Origin: a virus
Lineage: Duplodnaviria > Caudoviricetes
IMG/VR virus record: IMGVR_UViG_3300035126_000903
Coordinates: 32,001 to 96,000 of that record
Reading direction: 5' to 3' (one strand)
DNA: 64,000 bases
In this document: positions 59,562-64,000 of the stretch, piece by piece
Numbering within the stretch: the stretch's first letter is position 1
Layout: every line of letters begins with the position of its first letter
Position numbers and translations under genes: made by a program
The notes under the pieces: generated by a model
Databases searched by the model: none
What the model saw: the letters and a program-made list of their open reading frames with translations, nothing else
What the model was told of the DNA's origin: nothing

Positions 59562-61309
59562 CTTATTATATGTTCACTTTGTTTATTAATACCACTAATC
59601 ATAGCTTCTTTTATTTCATTCAAGGATAGTAAAGGAGACATTTCTTCTAATAACCCTGCTTTAATACTATTATCATTTTGCTTTATACCCCGTACTTTGG
59701 GGATAAATTCTTGCTCAGGATTCATAAATACTTCCATTATAGCTTGTCCTTCATACTTTATAAAATCATCCATTTTATCATCTGTAAAGTACTCATAATC
59801 AAAAGCCATAGCTATTTTTTTATAATCAGGAAGTTCAACCCCCGTATTTTTATCTACACATGTTTTGTGGTTTTGAAATAGCATTTTTTGCGTATGTTTT
59901 ATCATTAAATAACCATCATTATTAAAAATAATAATTTTAACTGGTAGGTTAAATGTTTTTATAGTTTGAAGTTCTTGTAAATTCATCATCATACCACCAT
60001 CGCAATTAAGACACAAAACGGGATTACTCCCAAACCCAGCACCAACGGCTGCTGCTAATCCATAACCCATTTCTCCCAATCCTAACGAAGTAAACATTTT
60101 TTGGTTAGATTTAATATTAAAACCATAAAACCCACTCAGTAAAGCAGTTCCCATATCGGTAACAATCGTATAGTTATCAGGCCATGCTTTTGATAATTTA
60201 TCAATAAAAGTATATGAATTTTTAGGGTCTAACAAATGCTCTTTCATTACTATTGGATAATCTGCTTTTATTTTATTGCAATATTCTCTCCAATTTTGTA
60301 TATTTAATTTAATATTAGATTTTAATTGAATAAGTCCTTTTAAAATAAGATTAACATCTATATTATAATTTTTTCCTTTAAATTTTTTAGTTTCGGTAGG
60401 GTCTATATCAATATGAATTATTTCAGCATTAGGGGCAAAATTTTCTCTTGAATATCCTGTTTGAAGTAATGATAATCTGCTACCAAATACTATAATTAAA
60501 TCACTATTTTGGACAATGAAATTAGAAGCTCGTTGTCCTTGTACTCCTGGTCTTCCAAAATTATTTTGGTTACTTGTTTCTAATAAATCTATAGCAGACC
60601 AACTTAATACTGTTGGGATTTGGTGGTTTTCAATAAAGTTTTTAAATAACTTTTCAGAATTGGATAATTTTACCCCGTGCCCCCCTAAAATTAAAGGTCT
60701 TTTTGCTTTATTAAGTTTTTTAATTATATATTCTACCTCTTTAATTGGTATTTCTTTCTCCACATTTAGGATGGTAAAATCTTCAAAATGCACATTTTGG
60801 GATTGAGTATCAAATGGAATTTCCAAATAAATAGGGCCGGGTCTTCCACTAGTAGTAATATTAGAAGCTAATGATAATGTTTTAAATATATTTTCTTTGG
60901 TTATGCGAACTGATAATTTTGTGTGGTTTTTATATGTTTTTACAGAATCATACCCTTGAATACCATACATTCTCATATTTTTATATTCATCAATATAGTA
61001 TGTTTGTTCCTGACCAGCAATTATAATTCCCGGAATAGAATCGGCCCAATTTGATAAAATACCGGTGAATGCATTAGATGAACCTCCTCCTGCTGTTACT
61101 AATGCGGCTGATAATTGGCCTGTTGTTCTGTAATAAGCCCCCATAGCCATTACTGCAGCTTGTTCATGATGAGTGGGGATTAGTTTAATTTTTTTATTTC
61201 TACTAATAGAATCAAAAATATGAGAATTAGCAGAACCTATTATACCAAAAACTACTTTAATGTTATTTTTAATTAAAAAATTAACTATAACATCGCTTAT
61301 TTTTACCAT
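59558..61309 (-). CDS. ThDP-dependent acetolactate-synthase-like enzyme (YerE-like)
   Basis: HEQAA.MA, GRPGP, GEMGYGL, CDGGMMMNLQEL..NNDGY. Confidence 0.88.
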   Translation of the reverse strand: MVKISDVIVNFLIKNNIKVVFGIIGSANSHIFDSISRNKKIKLIPTHHEQAAVMAMGAYYRTTGQLSAALVTAGGGSSNAFTGILSNWADSIPGIIIAGQEQTYYIDEYKNMRMYGIQGYDSVKTYKNHTKLSVRITKENIFKTLSLASNITTSGRPGPIYLEIPFDTQSQNVHFEDFTILNVEKEIPIKEVEYIIKKLNKAKRPLILGGHGVKLSNSEKLFKNFIENHQIPTVLSWSAIDLLETSNQNNFGRPGVQGQRASNFIVQNSDLIIVFGSRLSLLQTGYSRENFAPNAEIIHIDIDPTETKKFKGKNYNIDVNLILKGLIQLKSNIKLNIQNWREYCNKIKADYPIVMKEHLLDPKNSYTFIDKLSKAWPDNYTIVTDMGTALLSGFYGFNIKSNQKMFTSLGLGEMGYGLAAAVGAGFGSNPVLCLNCDGGMMMNLQELQTIKTFNLPVKIIIFNNDGYLMIKHTQKMLFQNHKTCVDKNTGVELPDYKKIAMAFDYEYFTDDKMDDFIKYEGQAIMEVFMNPEQEFIPKVRGIKQNDNSIKAGLLEEMSPLLSLNEIKEAMISGINKQSEHIIR

Positions 61310-62253
61310 ATAAATTTATCTTTATAATATTCTATAATTGTAATTAACTCATCATCAAATTGTTTTTTAGATTCCCATCCCAGCTTTTTAAGTTTAGAAT
61401 CATCTAAAGCATACCTAACATCTTGTCCCGGTCTAATACACGACAAATCAACATATTTATCCAATTCTTCAATGTTTTTATTGTACAATATACAAATCTT
61501 TTTTACAGTTTCCAAATTATTTTGTTCAAATCCCCCACAAATATTATATATTTCGTTCTTAACCCCAGATTCTACAATTGTAATTATAGCATCAGCAGTA
61601 TCTTGGGCGTGTAACCAATTTCTAATCGGTGTTCCATTATTATGTAAAGGTATTTTTTTACCTAATTTTAGGTATTTACATGCTTTGGGAATTAATTTTT
61701 CTACATATTGCCCTATACCATAATTATTTGTTGGTCTAACTATAATATAAGGTAGATTATATGTTCTTCCCCAAGCCATAACTAACATGTCTGCTGCTGC
61801 TTTTGTTGCTGAATATGGGTTTGATGGTTTGAGTAAATCCGTTTCGGTATGCGCTCCTTCCTCTATATCACCATAGACTTCATCGGTGCTAAAATGAAGT
61901 AGTATTGGTTTAGATACATTTTCTCCCCTATGATTTTTTATCAGTTCAAGTAAATTATGAACACCATTTATATTAGAGTGTATAAAATCATCGCTATTTG
62001 CTATTGAATTACCTACATGGGTTTCAGCTGCGGTATTAATAACATAATCACAATCATATAAAAATTTTAAATCATTAATATCACAATGCACGAATGAAAA
62101 ATTTGGATATTTTTTAAATTCGCTTAATAAATCTTTATTTGCAGCGTATGTTATTTTATCTACGCCTTTAACATACCAACCCAATTTTAAACAAGTTCTT
62201 GTTATATAAGAACCTATAAAACCTAAACATCCTGTTATATATACTACCTTCAT
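61303..62253 (-). CDS. rfbB: dTDP-glucose 4,6-dehydratase-like
   Basis: GCLGFIG, AAETHV, STDEVYG, YSATKA, NNYG, RPGQD.RY. Confidence 0.9.
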   Translation of the reverse strand: MKVVYITGCLGFIGSYITRTCLKLGWYVKGVDKITYAANKDLLSEFKKYPNFSFVHCDINDLKFLYDCDYVINTAAETHVGNSIANSDDFIHSNINGVHNLLELIKNHRGENVSKPILLHFSTDEVYGDIEEGAHTETDLLKPSNPYSATKAAADMLVMAWGRTYNLPYIIVRPTNNYGIGQYVEKLIPKACKYLKLGKKIPLHNNGTPIRNWLHAQDTADAIITIVESGVKNEIYNICGGFEQNNLETVKKICILYNKNIEELDKYVDLSCIRPGQDVRYALDDSKLKKLGWESKKQFDDELITIIEYYKDKFIW

Positions 62254-63215
62254 AACTCAAAATTATTTTTTAATAAATACCCATCAACTTTATTTAAAAA
62301 TACTTTTGGTTTACCTTTTCCTTGAGTATGTCCTATAAAGTGAGTTATTTTTGATTTTAGCCCAATCGTCCAACCATTATTTTCATCTTCATTATTTATT
62401 TCCCCAAATTTTGGGTGAACTCCCCAATTAGGCACTACAAAATACTCATTTTCTTCTAAAATATGCGGATATTTTTTTGAAAAAACAACATTCATTAAAC
62501 CAAAAAAACTTTGTTGTTGCGTATCAATAATAAATCTTTCATTACCCCAAATTTCATTACCATTTTGGTCAAAAATAGATTTATATTCAAATAAATCCAA
62601 TAAAAATTTAAATCTATCTTTGGATAAAAAATCATCATATATACTTAAATCAATACCTTGAAATCCAGCATTAAATCCTTTAAACTCAGGATTTCTATTT
62701 TTATAAGCTGTTAAAAACCCTTCTCCAAATACATCTATTAATTTATTTATTAATACCTTATCGCAGTTGATATTCATTGGTTCTGATATTAAAACAGGAA
62801 TTTTGTTTAATACCAGTTTTACAATGTGGTCAAAATTATCATTTATTAAAATATCATCATCATATATTAAATAATAATCTTTACACAAAACTCTTCTAAT
62901 ATAATGTGGCATGATTATATGATAGATTGGTGGCCATATGTTGAATTTATTTTCATAATCCAAATCGTATAAATTTTTAACATAATCTACAAAAAATTTT
63001 CTATCATATGAATATAGATTTTTAATCTCAGAATTTATTAATTTTTCCCATTTATCATTTGTATCATTATATTCATCTTTATTATCCCATAATATATGAA
63101 ATTCAATTTTAATATCAGAATATAATGCTTGTATTTTACTTTGTATTTGGTGTAGAGCAAAAAAACTTTGTTTATTTTTTGTTCTCATCATGTTTGCTAT
63201 AATTATTTCTTTCAT
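62250..63215 (-). CDS. Putative glycosyltransferase (GT-A, DxD)
   Basis: YLIYDDDI, FNAGF, HFIGH. Confidence 0.6.
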   Translation of the reverse strand: MKEIIIANMMRTKNKQSFFALHQIQSKIQALYSDIKIEFHILWDNKDEYNDTNDKWEKLINSEIKNLYSYDRKFFVDYVKNLYDLDYENKFNIWPPIYHIIMPHYIRRVLCKDYYLIYDDDILINDNFDHIVKLVLNKIPVLISEPMNINCDKVLINKLIDVFGEGFLTAYKNRNPEFKGFNAGFQGIDLSIYDDFLSKDRFKFLLDLFEYKSIFDQNGNEIWGNERFIIDTQQQSFFGLMNVVFSKKYPHILEENEYFVVPNWGVHPKFGEINNEDENNGWTIGLKSKITHFIGHTQGKGKPKVFLNKVDGYLLKNNFEL

Positions 63216-63317
63216 ATGTTAATTTATAAGAGTTTTTATCATTAATTTAATTTTATTCATAAGCTTTTTTATAAAAATTGATTAATTTTTTTACTATAGT
63301 TTCTATATCATATTTTG

Positions 63318-64000
63318 TCATATTATATTTTTTATATATTTATTCCATAGTATATCTTCTATTATGTCATATTCTAAACACCTATTAAAATTATCAATAA
63401 TCGCATCTTCTTTTGATAAATAAAGTTCTGGTGTTAAATTATTTGGATCGAAGTTTTCTTCTAGAAAAATAATACCATCTGTATTAAAATATTTTCCTAT
63501 ATTCGTATCTCCATAATATATTGGAATTGTTCCACAAGCAAAACAATCTAATATTTTTTCACTCCAATACCCATCATATGAAGCATTTTCCATTGTTACA
63601 GAAAACATATAGTCTTGTAATGCATCTTCTTTATTTAAGAAATCTCTTATACCTCTTCCATAAAGATCCAATTTATCTTTCAATTTTTTAGCCCATTCTA
63701 ATCTATATAAATGTCCTTGACATTGAGTCTTATTTGATACTATCATAGAACACAGTTTATCCTTTGGATAACAAGCGGGATTTTGTATCCAATATCCTGA
63801 TGGGGGTAAGTAATAAAAGTTATCTTCTAAAGATACTATTGATCTATCATGACTTATTAAAAACTCAAAACATTTAGATATTTCTTTATGATACTTTTTT
63901 ACATCATTAATTAACTCGGGTATTATACCAGATGATTCAACTATCCAGGCTATTTTTTTCGATTCTTTATTTGATAAACCATCAATTATCGCTTCATCTA
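63318..64000 (-). CDS. GT10 fucosyltransferase-like protein, 5' part beyond window
   Basis: YMFSVTMEN...GYWSEKILDC...GTIPIYYG; frame stays open to the window end. Confidence 0.8.
   Translation of the reverse strand, partial: DEAIIDGLSNKESKKIAWIVESSGIIPELINDVKKYHKEISKCFEFLISHDRSIVSLEDNFYYLPPSGYWIQNPACYPKDKLCSMIVSNKTQCQGHLYRLEWAKKLKDKLDLYGRGIRDFLNKEDALQDYMFSVTMENASYDGYWSEKILDCFACGTIPIYYGDTNIGKYFNTDGIIFLEENFDPNNLTPELYLSKEDAIIDNFNRCLEYDIIEDILWNKYIKNII

Overview
AT-rich segment of a large tailed-phage (jumbo/huge phage-like) genome. Every credible gene is on the minus strand and uses the standard genetic code. The host is probably Bacteroidota: repeated TTG-N19-TAnnTTT(A/G) promoters, a T9SS C-terminal sorting domain and Bacteroidota-style attC repeats point that way. 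Left to right: (1) 1-3.4 kb, and again 24.5-25.6 kb, small genes packaged as integron-like cassettes with matched R'/R'' core sites but no integrase in the window; (2) 5.1-6.7 kb, tRNA-Leu-like elements with near-identical acceptor/D/T arms but no proper anticodon arm; (3) early genes behind a repeated 60-bp promoter; (4) a 1.1-kb non-coding iterated region at 9.7-10.8 kb; (5) an array of proteins with a constant MKVSQL..LIREA..L.E leader, probably capsid-targeted internal head proteins; (6) rpiB, a thyA split by a homing endonuclease, an upstream family of ThyA-derived miniproteins, and mgsA; (7) an RNA-repair cluster; (8) GroES/GroEL/J-domain/ClpS and a phased DnaA-box cluster; (9) lysis genes; (10) a secreted CsgG/cohesin-dockerin/C-type lectin/T9SS module; (11) a glycan locus with RmlB, a YerE-like ThDP enzyme and DmpFG, suggesting a branched-chain sugar. 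All calls come from reading motifs by eye; no database searches were run.
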